Position numbers and translations under genes: made by a program. From Promethearchaeota archaeon (lineage in GTDB: Archaea; Asgardarchaeota; Lokiarchaeia; Sigyniarchaeales; SOKP01), in NCBI GenBank assembly GCA_048938855.1, contig JBHLLT010000022.1, positions 1 through 47,723 on the forward strand: a DNA stretch of 47,723 bases. The letters run 5' to 3'. The notes below the pieces were generated by a model, which worked only from the letters and a program-made list of their open reading frames with translations, made no database searches and had not been told where the DNA came from. Positions 37,787-47,106 of this stretch are shown piece by piece. Position 1 is the first letter of the stretch. Every line of letters begins with the position of its first letter.

Positions 37787-38818
37787 TTATTTTAACGTGG
37801 AAAAATTATGCCTTATTACTTTTTCAGCGTCTTTTATTATCCTTTCAATTATCTCATTAACATCATCAATGCTATCAATAATCCCAATTGACTGACCTAG
37901 AAGTACAGCGCCTGTTATAGTATCTCCCTCATATACTCTATCGTAGGCTCCTAAATCATGCACTCTCTGCTCAGGAGTTACGGATTGTTCATAAGCAATC
38001 ATTTCTTCTTTAGAATTGGGCGCGGGATGAGATAGAGCATATTCATTTTTATATAAACGAATAGGACCGAATGCTCCAGTGAAAAGTCCTGTATCTTGTG
38101 GTTTTCCTGGTGGAATTAAAGCTTTATATTTTTCATGAAATTCGCTTTGGTTTGAAGCAATAAATCGAGAACCCATAGCTATTGCTCCCGCACCTAAGGA
38201 AAGTGCTGCTACTAATGCCTCTCCTGTAGCAAAACCTCCACATGCTATTTTAGGTAAATTAGGGAAAACTTTATTAATTTGCTGTAGCAATACGAGTGTA
38301 GTAACCCTTTCGTAGGATTGATGTCCACCTCCTTCTGTACCTGTCACAACAATTCCATCTACACCTGCATCCACGCATTTCTGTGCTAACCATACCGCAG
38401 GCGCTACATGAAAGTGCCTAACTTCGGAATTTTCTCTTAAAGCTTTAAAATATTTAGAAGAAGGTAGTATATTTGAAGATCCCGCTGAAGTTAACCAATA
38501 TTTACATTGTTCTCTCATTTTTTGATTCTCCATCACAATTTGAGGTAATTTTCTTACCATTTCTCGAACTCCACGATTATTACGAGAAGTGAGGATATTG
38601 AGACCAAAAGGTTTATCTGTGTGTTCAATCATATATTCCAAACTCGAAATATGTTCTTTTACAGGATCAGTTCCTACTATGTTAACATTTGATAAAACCC
38701 CCAAACCTCCCGCTTCAGATACTGCAAGAGCTAAATTCCGTGTAAAAAATGGTCCCATAGGAGCACTAAATATTGGGTATTTTATCCCAAACATTTTGGT
38801 GATATTTGTTTCTATCAT
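37787..38818 (-). CDS. Nitronate monooxygenase/FabK-like FMN oxidoreductase
   Basis: GIKYPIFSAPMG, VSEAGGLG, GTEGGGH, ACGGF, AMGSRF and GQSIG motifs. Confidence 0.9.
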   Translation of the reverse strand: MIETNITKMFGIKYPIFSAPMGPFFTRNLALAVSEAGGLGVLSNVNIVGTDPVKEHISSLEYMIEHTDKPFGLNILTSRNNRGVREMVRKLPQIVMENQKMREQCKYWLTSAGSSNILPSSKYFKALRENSEVRHFHVAPAVWLAQKCVDAGVDGIVVTGTEGGGHQSYERVTTLVLLQQINKVFPNLPKIACGGFATGEALVAALSLGAGAIAMGSRFIASNQSEFHEKYKALIPPGKPQDTGLFTGAFGPIRLYKNEYALSHPAPNSKEEMIAYEQSVTPEQRVHDLGAYDRVYEGDTITGAVLLGQSIGIIDSIDDVNEIIERIIKDAEKVIRHNFSTLK

Positions 38819-38873
38819 TATTCTTATTTGTACTTATTTTTTTAGAAATTTCTATAAATATTATCGTTTTTAA

Positions 38874-40049
38874 TTATATCATATCTACAAATCTACCAGA
38901 TTTAAATAAATCACATGGCATTAGATAGGATTTACCTAATTCTTCAGCAGTTTCTTCTAAAAGCGTGGCTAATCGTTCATAATTTTTACTTGCAGGTTCC
39001 ATTGGGCCTTGAAAGTTCATACCAGCTAGAATTGCATCATCAATTACCTTCCAATTAGTTACGACACCTTCTTCTAGGATTCTACAACCTTCATTAGCAT
39101 TAATAGCGATAAAAATCTCACGGTTTGCAAGTCCTGCTTTTTTAGAGAGATCTGGTTGAGGTCTTCCTTTTGACCAATCATAGAATCCTTGTCCAGTTTT
39201 TTTACCCAAAGTACCTTTTTCTATTTGCATAGTCAAGACTTTTCCGGGCTTAAAATCTGGTGAAAGTTTTTCGCTATAGTAAAGTGCTGCGTTATAAGCA
39301 ATATCACGTCCTGTAAAATCTGATAATGTTAATGAAGACATAGGTGTATCTGGTGCGGTTAAATCAGCATCGACTTGTTCCCAAGGAATACCCTTTTCAT
39401 ATGCTATGTCAATAATATAATTAGAATAAATATTACGCGGCGCAAGTACACGATTAACAATAAAACCTGGTCGATCTCTCAATACACGAGCGACATACCT
39501 TTGTCCTCTTAAACATGGGAGTGATTTAGCAATTTTAACTCCTATATTCATAGATTCATCAGAGCTTTTATCACCCTTAATTACTTCAATTAAACGCATT
39601 AAAGGAGCTGGATTAAAGAAATGCATTCCTATTACGTTTTCAGGTTTACTGCATTTCTCAGCGATCTCTGTAATACTAATTGAAGATGTATTTGAAGCAA
39701 AAATACAATGTTCAGGAGAGTGTTCGATAACATCTTTACATAAAGTTTGCTTTATATCCACCTTCTCTATAACTGCTTCAATTACTAAGTCGGCATCTTT
39801 AACAGCTTCATTTACATTTTTTAAGGTTTTTAATTTTACTAAATAATGTGATGTACTCAAGCCTTCAGGTAGATTACCTTTTGATTCTAATTTGTCAAAT
39901 CCAGATTTTATGTAATCCAAGCCTTTTTCAATTATATCATTACTTATATCAACCGCTGTGACATTATAACCTGCCATTAAGCAAATTTGTGCAATTCCTT
40001 TGCCCATATCTCCAAAGCCAATTATTACAATGTTTTTAATTTTTACCAT
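38874..40049 (-). CDS. 3-hydroxyacyl-CoA dehydrogenase with a duplicated C-terminal domain
   Basis: GFGDMGKGIA, IEAVIE, ASNTSS, GMHFFNP, PGFIVNR and LGKKTGQGFY motifs. Confidence 0.93.
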   Translation of the reverse strand: MVKIKNIVIIGFGDMGKGIAQICLMAGYNVTAVDISNDIIEKGLDYIKSGFDKLESKGNLPEGLSTSHYLVKLKTLKNVNEAVKDADLVIEAVIEKVDIKQTLCKDVIEHSPEHCIFASNTSSISITEIAEKCSKPENVIGMHFFNPAPLMRLIEVIKGDKSSDESMNIGVKIAKSLPCLRGQRYVARVLRDRPGFIVNRVLAPRNIYSNYIIDIAYEKGIPWEQVDADLTAPDTPMSSLTLSDFTGRDIAYNAALYYSEKLSPDFKPGKVLTMQIEKGTLGKKTGQGFYDWSKGRPQPDLSKKAGLANREIFIAINANEGCRILEEGVVTNWKVIDDAILAGMNFQGPMEPASKNYERLATLLEETAEELGKSYLMPCDLFKSGRFVDMI

Positions 40050-40384
40050 ATAGATTCATTTCAGTTTTTAAGTAGATATAATTTATAAATATACATTATG
40101 CATTAAAAAATCTTTTTTATTCTTAAATAAATATGATCTATTTTAAAATTAAGTTAGAGCTTTAGTATGTTTCTACATTAAAATTTAGCTAGATTAACAA
40201 TTAAGAGAGAACTGAGAAGAGAATATCAATAAGAATAAATGAGATTACTCACAATGTATATTCTTCACTATATACCCTCTATAGAATAGCTAAAATAGTG
40301 ATCAAACTTTCAGTAACACATTTCATAAAAAGTATTTAGAGACCATTTATTTTTCTAATTAAGGTTTAATTTATTATAAAATGG

Positions 40385-42673
40385 ATGGTTGAATTTAAGA
40401 TCGAAACTAACAAGAATGAGATAAAAATAATTAAAACCGGTTGTTGTCATGATTGTGGTGGTCGCTGTATTCTGAGAGCTCATGTAAGAAATGGGAAAAT
40501 TATAAGAATTGAGACAGATAATGGAGAAGAACCACAATTAAGAGCTTGCTTACGGGGAAGGGCGTATAAACAAAGAGTTTATTCTGATGAAAGACTAAAA
40601 CACCCTCTACGTCGCGTTAGTGAACGTGGAGAAGGGATATTTGAAGAGATATCATGGGACGAGGCATTTGATGAGGTGGCATCCAAAATTAAGGAAATTA
40701 AAAAAAATTATGGAAATTCTGCTATTTTGCTTGTTCCTGGTGGCGGTAATCAAGGAATGTTACATGGTATTGTACCTCATGCTTTAATGCTTCATCAGAT
40801 TGGCGGTTACACAAGAATGTGGGGTGCCCCTTCCTATGAAGGAGCTCTTTTTGCTTCTATGGCAACATATGGTACAATAATGACTGGTAATGCAAGGGAA
40901 GATCTTTTAAATTCTAAGCTTATAATATTGTGGGGATGGAATCCTGCCAATACAATATGGGATCCTGGCACTAGTCTTTGGTTGGTTAAAGCTCGAGAAA
41001 AAGGAATAAAAATTATTACAGTTGATCCTATTTTTACAGATTCAGCTGCAATTTTAGCAGACGAATGGATTCCAATTCGACCTGGTACAGATACTGCGAT
41101 GCTTTTAGCCATGACATACGTTATTATAACTGAAAATTTACATGATAAAAACTTCATAAACAAATTTACTGTTGGATTTGACATTTATAAAAAGTATGTA
41201 CTTGGAGAGGAGGATGGAGAACCTAAAACACCTGAATGGGCGGAGAAGATAACTAAAGTACCCGCAAGAAAGATTTTAACTCTAGCACGAGAATATGCTT
41301 CAAATAAGCCCGCATCTCTCATTGCTGGATGGGGTCCCGCAAGGACCATGTTTGGTGAACAATATTCAAGGGCTGCAAATATATTATGTACAATAACTGG
41401 TAATATTGGTATAAACGGAGGTTATGCTTCTGGTTTTATGAGAGCATATTATAGTCGAGAGAGAATCATAACCGGAGGGGAAAAAAAAATAGGTCCTATT
41501 AATTCCAATGATAAAAAACCAAAAAAATTGAGAATTCAAGATAATCCTGTTGATTTTAATGCTAAACCACGTAGAGAAAGTCTGTATAAATTAAGAGGAG
41601 GTACAAACCCTGCAAATACGCGTATTCACTACAATGATTATTATAATGCAATATTGAAAGGGCGTAAAGGGGGATATCCTGCAGATATTAAAATGGCATA
41701 TATTGTTGGTACAAACCGTTTAAATCAGTTTAGTAATGTAAATAGAGGCATAAAAGCATTAAAATCACTTGAATTTATAGTTATTTTCGAACAGTTTATG
41801 ACTCCAACGGCTCAGTTAGCTGACATTGTTCTACCGGTAAATACTTTTATGGAACGAAATGATATTGCAGTTCCTTGGCTTGGAGCTCCTTATTATATTT
41901 ATTTAAATAAAGCAATTGATTCTATATATGAATCAAAATCTGACTTAGAGATATGTAACGAGCTTTCTAAGAAATTAGGTATTAAGGAAAGTATTTTATA
42001 TTTACAAGAGGATCAAATTTTAAGGTTATTATCGGCACCTCGTAAAGAAATTAAAAGTTATAATAAATTCAAAAAAGATGGATACTATAAGGTTAAAGTA
42101 GAAGAACCATTTATAGCTTTTAAGGAACAAATCAAGGATCCTGAAAATAATCCATTCCCTACGTTATCGGGAAAAATTGAAATTTATTGTGAACACATTG
42201 CGGAAAAAAAAAATCCATTAATGCCTCCAATTCCAAAATATATGACTCATGATGAACATTATAACTCTCCATTAGCTCAAAAATACCCGTTACAATTACT
42301 TACACCTCATAATAAAAGAAGAACTCATTCAAGTTTAAACAATATCCCTTGGTTAGAAGAAGTCGAAACTCATTCTGTATGGATTAACTCTGTTGATGCA
42401 TTAAAAAGAAACATAACCCATGAGGATATAGTGGATATTTTTAACGATCGAGGTAGAGTAAGGATTCCTGCTAAGGTAACGGAACGAATAATTCCAGGCG
42501 CAGTATGCATTCATCAAGGAGCTTGGTATAACCCTAATAAAGAAGGTATTGATCTCGGAGGTTGTGCTAATGTTTTAACAAATGATATTTATTCTCCCGG
42601 AGGTGCCTTTCCTATGAATAGCTCTTTAGTAGAAATAGAATTATCATCTGTTAATAAATCGGAGGAGATTTAA
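40385..42673 (+). CDS. Mo/W-bisPGD oxidoreductase catalytic subunit, DmsA-like, with no Tat signal
   Basis: CHDCGGRC...CLRG FS0 motif, RLKHPL, WGWNP, IRPGTD, ADIVLP, TLSGKIE and RRTHS. No twin-arginine leader. Confidence 0.9.
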   Translation: MVEFKIETNKNEIKIIKTGCCHDCGGRCILRAHVRNGKIIRIETDNGEEPQLRACLRGRAYKQRVYSDERLKHPLRRVSERGEGIFEEISWDEAFDEVASKIKEIKKNYGNSAILLVPGGGNQGMLHGIVPHALMLHQIGGYTRMWGAPSYEGALFASMATYGTIMTGNAREDLLNSKLIILWGWNPANTIWDPGTSLWLVKAREKGIKIITVDPIFTDSAAILADEWIPIRPGTDTAMLLAMTYVIITENLHDKNFINKFTVGFDIYKKYVLGEEDGEPKTPEWAEKITKVPARKILTLAREYASNKPASLIAGWGPARTMFGEQYSRAANILCTITGNIGINGGYASGFMRAYYSRERIITGGEKKIGPINSNDKKPKKLRIQDNPVDFNAKPRRESLYKLRGGTNPANTRIHYNDYYNAILKGRKGGYPADIKMAYIVGTNRLNQFSNVNRGIKALKSLEFIVIFEQFMTPTAQLADIVLPVNTFMERNDIAVPWLGAPYYIYLNKAIDSIYESKSDLEICNELSKKLGIKESILYLQEDQILRLLSAPRKEIKSYNKFKKDGYYKVKVEEPFIAFKEQIKDPENNPFPTLSGKIEIYCEHIAEKKNPLMPPIPKYMTHDEHYNSPLAQKYPLQLLTPHNKRRTHSSLNNIPWLEEVETHSVWINSVDALKRNITHEDIVDIFNDRGRVRIPAKVTERIIPGAVCIHQGAWYNPNKEGIDLGGCANVLTNDIYSPGGAFPMNSSLVEIELSSVNKSEEI

Positions 42674-43245
42674 TGAAACAAATGGGATTTTATTTTGATC
42701 AAACGAGATGTACTGGTTGTTATACTTGTTCAGTAGCTTGTAAAGATTGGAATAATATAACCTCAGAATTAATTTCATGGAGACCAATCAAAATAATAGA
42801 AAAAGGAAAATTTCCAAATCTATTTCTTGCATATTTTTCTTATTCTTGCTACCATTGTATGAATCCCTCATGCCTTAAAGCATGCCCCACGAATGCTATC
42901 ATTAAGAGAGAACAAGATGGAATTGTTATTGTAGATGAAGATTTATGTATAGGGAAAGAAAAATGTGGATTTAAATGTTTAAAAGCTTGCCCTTATGATA
43001 TTCCTCAATTTGGTGAAAAAGAAAATGCCAAGATGCAAAAATGTAATTTTTGTGTTGAGCGCTTAGATAAAGGCCAACAAACAATATGCGTTGAAGCTTG
43101 TCCTATGTACGCTCTTGATGCAGGTCCTTTAGATGAATTGGAAAGAAAATATGGCAACAAGATTGAAGCAGAAGGCTTTAACTATGTTAAAAAGCTAAAA
43201 CCATCGATAGTTTTCAGTCCAAAATTAAATTTGAAAAGTACTTAA
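42673..43245 (+). CDS. Four-cluster Fe-S subunit, DmsB-like
   Basis: CTGCYTCSVACK, CYHC..PSCLKACP, CIG...CLKACP and KCNFC...CVEACP. TAATG overlap with the catalytic subunit gene. Confidence 0.92.
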   Translation: MKQMGFYFDQTRCTGCYTCSVACKDWNNITSELISWRPIKIIEKGKFPNLFLAYFSYSCYHCMNPSCLKACPTNAIIKREQDGIVIVDEDLCIGKEKCGFKCLKACPYDIPQFGEKENAKMQKCNFCVERLDKGQQTICVEACPMYALDAGPLDELERKYGNKIEAEGFNYVKKLKPSIVFSPKLNLKST

Positions 43246-43357
43246 GTAATTTTTATTATAATCAATTCTTAAACACTCATTCATTTAACTTATCCATATT
43301 AGAATTTGAGAAAATTATTTAGGATAAATAAAAATAAGTAGAAAGGAGGAAAATATA

Positions 43358-44185
43358 ATGAAAAATGAAGAAAAATTTGAACATATTCAAATTGAAAAAG
43401 TAGAAGAGGGAAATTATGCAGTAATTTCTATTAATCGCCCTAATAAATTAAATGCACTTCAAAATCAAACATTACGAGAAATTGCTGAAGCTTTAGAATC
43501 TATGGAAGTGGATCAATCTATCCGTTGTGTGGTTATAAGAGGAACTAAGGAGTTTACTAAAAAACCAGCGTTTTCAGCAGGAGCAGACTTGGCTGCTAGA
43601 GGTAACGTTAAATTAGATCCTGACAATTTAAGACATCAAAGTCATGCCATGTATATAAGACATAAATATTATAACTTAATTGAAGCGTTTCCGAAACCTA
43701 TAATAGCCGCTATTGATGGATATGCTCTTGGTGGAGGCTTCGAATTAGTATTAGTATGCGATATTTCTATTGCTTCTAAGAGATCAACATTTGGTTTTCC
43801 TGAAATTCAGCGTGGAATTTTTCCTGCAAATGGAGGCACTCAGAGATTAATAAGAAATCTTGGCAGAATGCGAGTAAAGAGATTAATGTTTTTTGGTGAA
43901 CACTACTCTGCTGAGGAAATGTTCAATTGGGGTGTTATCTCATTTGTTGTAGATGACGATGGATTTGAAGATTTTGTTCATGAACGAGCTTCGTGGTTAG
44001 GAAATGCTGCTACAAATAGTTTGTTTCTGATTAAGAAAAGTATTGATTATGGAACTCAAGTTCCCGCTAATATTGGTCTACAATTTGAACAAATGGGATA
44101 TGCCATAAATACACGTAGCAAAGATGTTGCTGAAGGAATTCAAGCTTTTCTGGAAAAGAGAAAACCTGAATTTCAAGGTAGGTAA
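43358..44185 (+). CDS. Enoyl-CoA hydratase (crotonase family)
   Basis: NRPNKLNAL, FSAGAD, GGGFEL and FPEIQRGIFP (both catalytic Glu residues), FLEKRKP. Confidence 0.93.
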   Translation: MKNEEKFEHIQIEKVEEGNYAVISINRPNKLNALQNQTLREIAEALESMEVDQSIRCVVIRGTKEFTKKPAFSAGADLAARGNVKLDPDNLRHQSHAMYIRHKYYNLIEAFPKPIIAAIDGYALGGGFELVLVCDISIASKRSTFGFPEIQRGIFPANGGTQRLIRNLGRMRVKRLMFFGEHYSAEEMFNWGVISFVVDDDGFEDFVHERASWLGNAATNSLFLIKKSIDYGTQVPANIGLQFEQMGYAINTRSKDVAEGIQAFLEKRKPEFQGR

Positions 44186-44275
44186 TAAAATTTTATTATT
44201 ATTTACTTCTTTTTTTTAGATTTAAAAAAAAATAATTATAGAGAGTATGATTATTATTAAAAGCTATTAAAATGA

Positions 44276-44635
44276 CTATTTGCCAATATATTTCATAGCT
44301 TCACTTAATGTGCTTAAACTCCTAATTTGGTAATTAAATCCTTCAATGTCCCGAAACTCTACTAAAAATTTGGCGAGGTAGTCATTTGCTTTTCCCACAT
44401 CTTCTCGTTTTACTTCATCAACTATAAATACTTCAATTCCTTTTTTAGTGGTAGCAACGGCTGCTGGGACTACCCGTTTAATTTCTGAGATTATTGGGTA
44501 TTTCTGAAGCGTTTCTAAATATCTTTGAGCTACTTTATCAGCCAAAAATAGAGGATACCAAGTAGTTGATACTATATAGGGTATTATTATCGACCTCTTT
44601 TTAATTTTTAAATTTGATTTCTTGAATGAAACCAT
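44276..44635 (-). CDS. Small alpha/beta hypothetical protein
   Basis: 119-aa ORF. An alternative start at ATA 44584 follows a GAGGT RBS. Confidence 0.7.
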   Translation of the reverse strand: MVSFKKSNLKIKKRSIIIPYIVSTTWYPLFLADKVAQRYLETLQKYPIISEIKRVVPAAVATTKKGIEVFIVDEVKREDVGKANDYLAKFLVEFRDIEGFNYQIRSLSTLSEAMKYIGK

Positions 44636-44752
44636 TTAAAAAAATAATTATCTTGCTTTTAAACCTTTGCTGAGACTTGCTAGCTTAATAAATTTTAATA
44701 AAAATGTATTGTTTTAAAATAGAACGTAATAAAAAAATTTAGTGATTTTAAA

Positions 44753-46048
44753 TTGAATTTAAAAGAAGTATGGTTAATAGATTATGCTCGAACAGCATTT
44801 TCTCGATCCAGACCAGATCAACCTGAACGAGATGTCTTTGGTGAGATTCGAGGAGATGAATTATTAGCTAAATTATTAATGAAGTTTTTCGATGGGAAAC
44901 TGGCAGATAAAGGAATCATTAAAGATGACATTGAAGAAGTTTCCGTAGGTGTAGCTTCAGGTGTACTAGAAAATTGGACTTACGGAGGAAAGATTCCTCT
45001 TTATCTAGCCGGATTCCCAAATAAAGTGTCATCCTTTTTTATAGATAAACAATGTGCCTCTGCTGGTGCAGGAATGCATATGTTAACAATGGAAATAATG
45101 ACAGGGAATACATCTTGTGCATTGGCAACTGGTTTTGAACATATGACTAGAGTGAGAAGAATTGGAATAGATCCTGCAATAGAAAGATACAAGGATAAAG
45201 AAAGTATTTTTTATCATCCTGAATATGATATGGAAAATTGTGTAAACATGTTACAGACGGCTCAGAGATTGTATGAGGAGGAAGTACCAACATTTACTAA
45301 GGAAGACTTAGATAAGTTTGGAGTAAGATCTCATAATTTAACAATTAAAAGTCAAGAAGAAAAGTGGTTTACATCGGGAGTAAATGGTGGTGAAATCATA
45401 CCTATTGAAGGTCATGCCGAAGGAAATGTTGAAGAACCTCTAATGGTTGATAGAGATATGGCCGCAAGAAAATCTACATTGGAAGTTGTTTCAGGATTAC
45501 GTAGAATATCTAATCCATTTTACTTAGAAAAAAATGGGGGCAAAAAAGGTTATATAGAAAGAGAAGGAACTGAAGAAGGGGTAATAACAGCAGGGAATTC
45601 TTCACCTTTAAATGCAGGGGCTACTACAGCAATCTTAATGGAGGCTGAAGAAGCAAAAAGACGGGGACTTGAACCTATGGCGCGAATAGTTTCAATCGGT
45701 TGGGCAGGTGTGGATCCAAGAGTTATGGGAAGAGGACCGGTCCCTGCTACGCGAAAAGCTTTAAATAATACTGGTTTGAAAGCAGAAGATATAGATTACT
45801 GGGAAATTAATGAAGCCTTTACAATTGTAGCTCTAAATTGCATGGAGAATTTTAACATTCCTGAAGAAAAAGTTAATATTATGGGGGGTTCTACCGCGAT
45901 TGGGCATCCTTTGGGAGCTACAATGATTCGCCTTACAGGAACATTAGCACGTATATTAAAAGACAAAAAAGCAAAATATGGTGTTGCAAATGCGTGTGTT
46001 GGGGGCGGACAAGGAGTAGCAACGATAATTGAAAATCTAGATGCTTAA
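44753..46048 (+). CDS. Acetyl-CoA C-acyltransferase (thiolase)
   Basis: DKQCASAG (Cys), TAGNSS, EINEAF, GHPLGAT and CVGGGQG motifs. Confidence 0.95.
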   Translation: MNLKEVWLIDYARTAFSRSRPDQPERDVFGEIRGDELLAKLLMKFFDGKLADKGIIKDDIEEVSVGVASGVLENWTYGGKIPLYLAGFPNKVSSFFIDKQCASAGAGMHMLTMEIMTGNTSCALATGFEHMTRVRRIGIDPAIERYKDKESIFYHPEYDMENCVNMLQTAQRLYEEEVPTFTKEDLDKFGVRSHNLTIKSQEEKWFTSGVNGGEIIPIEGHAEGNVEEPLMVDRDMAARKSTLEVVSGLRRISNPFYLEKNGGKKGYIEREGTEEGVITAGNSSPLNAGATTAILMEAEEAKRRGLEPMARIVSIGWAGVDPRVMGRGPVPATRKALNNTGLKAEDIDYWEINEAFTIVALNCMENFNIPEEKVNIMGGSTAIGHPLGATMIRLTGTLARILKDKKAKYGVANACVGGGQGVATIIENLDA

Positions 46049-46122
46049 AATCTACTTTATATTATTTTATTTTGATGTATTTTATAATTTACTTTTTTTA
46101 TTTAAGAAAAATTTAGGAAGAA

Positions 46123-47016
46123 GTGATCACATTGGTTTATATAAATAAAGAAGGAAAAATTAATGAAAATACTTGGTTAATTGATGGATTTTTATTTGGA
46201 GGAAAGGGGAATCTATCTATTTATATTATTGAAAATAACGGTACTCGAATGATGATCGATGCCTCTGAAAAAGCAGCAATACCTAAAATTATTGAAAAGT
46301 TGAAAGAGTTCAAAATTCATCCAATACATAAAATCTTCCTCACACATTCCCATTTTGATCACATCGACGGTGTTCACGAATTTCAGAAATTAATAAAAGA
46401 CACAGATATTGAAGTTTTGGCTTCGGAAAACGCAATAGAGAATTTAAGAAATCCAAACAATATTAATGAAGTATTTGGAGCCAAAACGGAACCAATAGAA
46501 GGAGTTATACCTTTAAAAGATAATCAGATTATAGATTTAAATGGCTTGGAATTAAAAGTTCTTAATTTTTATGGTCATACAATGGATTCTATTGCACTTT
46601 TTGATAAAACAAACAAGAATATTTTTACTGGTGATGCAATTATTGATAAATCCAGTATTTATTATTTCCAACCAACTTTCGTACCACCAGATTTCCATGA
46701 ATCGGAATTATTAAAAACATTTCAGAGATTAAGAGAAATGAAAGAAGAGTTGAATTCAATATCATTAGCTCATTATGGTGTATGGACTGATGAGGATTTC
46801 AAACAAATTATAAATAATATGGAAGAATTACACTTTGCCACAAAAGATTCAATAATTAGATGGTATAAAGAAAATCCTTCATACAATTACTTAGCTCTCA
46901 AATTTCATGAAATATTCATACCCAAGTCTAAAATCATTAAGTTAGGATATATAGAAGTCTTAGAAAGACAAATGGAATGGCTTGTGGAAGGACTAAAAAG
47001 GAGTGGATTTATTTAA
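46123..47016 (+). CDS. Metallo-beta-lactamase fold hydrolase
   Basis: THSHFDHIDG, GHT, FTGDA and LAHYG motifs. Confidence 0.9.
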   Translation: MITLVYINKEGKINENTWLIDGFLFGGKGNLSIYIIENNGTRMMIDASEKAAIPKIIEKLKEFKIHPIHKIFLTHSHFDHIDGVHEFQKLIKDTDIEVLASENAIENLRNPNNINEVFGAKTEPIEGVIPLKDNQIIDLNGLELKVLNFYGHTMDSIALFDKTNKNIFTGDAIIDKSSIYYFQPTFVPPDFHESELLKTFQRLREMKEELNSISLAHYGVWTDEDFKQIINNMEELHFATKDSIIRWYKENPSYNYLALKFHEIFIPKSKIIKLGYIEVLERQMEWLVEGLKRSGFI

Positions 47017-47106
47017 TATTTTAAATTGAATAAATAGATAATTATTATTTGATAGTAAATATGCAATCTTAAAAAAAAATTTTAGCTAATTAAAGGCGAT
47101 AAAATA

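Noticed and set aside
9033-40280. Hairpins at 9033-9068 and 40218-40280 as SECIS elements or a Moco riboswitch
   Set aside because: No in-frame UGA selenoprotein candidate is adjacent, the non-Watson-Crick quartet and helix lengths do not fit SECIS geometry, and no Moco-motif consensus was recognised.
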